From assembly GCF_006345805.1 (NCBI RefSeq), contig NC_043015.1:31310001-31374000 (forward strand): DNA of 64,000 bases, written 5' to 3'. Of this stretch, positions 62,717 through 64,000 are shown piece after piece; the first letter of the stretch is position 1; every line of letters starts with the position of its first letter. The DNA is from Octopus sinensis (taxonomy: Eukaryota). The translations under genes were made by a program, and so were the position numbers. The notes beneath the pieces were generated by a model. That model saw nothing but the letters and a program-made list of their open reading frames with translations. It was not told where the DNA came from and ran no database searches.

Positions 62717-64000
62717 TTACAAAGAATAAGTCCTGGGGTCAATTTGCTCGACTAATGGTGGTGCTGCAGTCATAATGACTGAAAATCCTAAGTTTGATTT
62801 TATTACTATAATTATCCCAAATGGCAACTGGCAAATATTTTGCCTCATTTCAAGATAAGGTACATTAATTTGAATTAATTTAAATATAGATATAATTAGT
62901 ACCAGATTTTATTCTTTCGGTAAATATTTCGTACCTCAGTGTGGAATAATTTTTTCCAGGTTTTTCGGGTGCATTGGATATGTCTAACCTCCAAACCTGC
63001 CACAAGCCACTTTTTCCTGGAAAAGAAGGGTAGGAGGGGTGGTGACGACCTTGAAGTTTCCCACCAAGGGAGTTTTGTTTCGCAGTTCTTTTTGCCTTTT
63101 CTGGGTTATTTTGCATGCCTTTAATGAGTGTGGCATTGAAATCACATGTAAACAGCTCCTTTTTTCAGAAAAGGACAGATTTTGGCTGCTATTTCTAGCA
63201 TGCCCTGCTATCACGTAACAGCTATTTGTGTTCACACCGAAATATTTACCAACTTTTCCTTCCGTTTATTTTTCCACTTTATGGAAATCCATGTTTTCTC
63301 TGACATCCAGCTCAGCGAGGTCGTGGGTCAAGGGGAAACACGTCAATCACTGTTACCTCTTGACAGGACAAAGAAATTTCCTGCTGTCTTTGTAAGCAAC
63401 AAGTGGGTGGATTTAGTTTCAAATTTTGCCTATCATGGACTTTGTTGTCAAATTTCTTAATTTTTATTTAAGGAACATTTGGCTGCTATTTACAAGAGGT
63501 CAAGCAATAATGCTAAATGATTACACACTGAGGTGAGTGATGTAAATTTCTGGCAAATTAAGTGATTTGATTTCAGTCCTCACTTAGAGCAATTTCACTT
63601 CTTCTTACAACATTCACCCGGAGTGGGTTGAGCTGGCTTCATTCATCCTCAATGCTGCATCTCTCACAAACGCCAACCAGGCCTGGCAATTTGAGACTAA
63701 CGACCGCGTGATCAACTACTCATTCCAGCGGCAAACACCGTAGATATGGGAGCCTAGGTTGGGTTCACTTCACTTATATATTAATAATTTCTTTGGGAAA
63801 AGCATAAATGTTACATCACATTTTCTGCAGTTTACATATATCATCTTTGCACCTAGTCGAAAAGAAAACTATTTCACACAAGTAATGTTGACGACTTCAG
63901 TTAAGTTTGTATATCATAGGAAACCAAAAGCACTAATGTTTCGAGTAAAGCTCTTTATCAGTTATGACTTTGCTACTCGGGAACGGGAGATAGCAACAAA

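Overview
AT-rich eukaryotic genomic DNA. The repeat families and gene structure suggest an octopus or other coleoid cephalopod (my inference). Two intron-rich + strand genes are present. (1) The 3' half of TAF6: five exons at 10879-19827; I did not find the upstream exons in this window. (2) A complete 10-exon eIF4A1/2-type DEAD-box helicase gene at about 29743-58587, encoding 401 aa. Its start codon appears split AT|G by a 13.2-kb first intron, and it carries substitutions at positions known from human eIF4A1 to matter for rocaglate binding (F163->S, D198->S, I199->V) and eIF4G binding (E268->G). The rest is dense with mobile DNA: several tRNA-derived SINE families, RTE and CR1 3' ends, Tc1 (DD34E), mariner (DD34D) and maT (DD37D) remnants, a piggyBac remnant with two TTAA-flanked MITE families, hAT MITEs, a 23-bp minisatellite and TA/TG microsatellites. 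The most striking unexplained structure is a 160-bp palindrome in eIF4A intron 1 that encodes a minimal type-I hammerhead-ribozyme fold on each strand. Two decayed hammerheads of a second family occur elsewhere. All alignments and folds were done by eye and need computational confirmation; most SINE boundaries are approximate.
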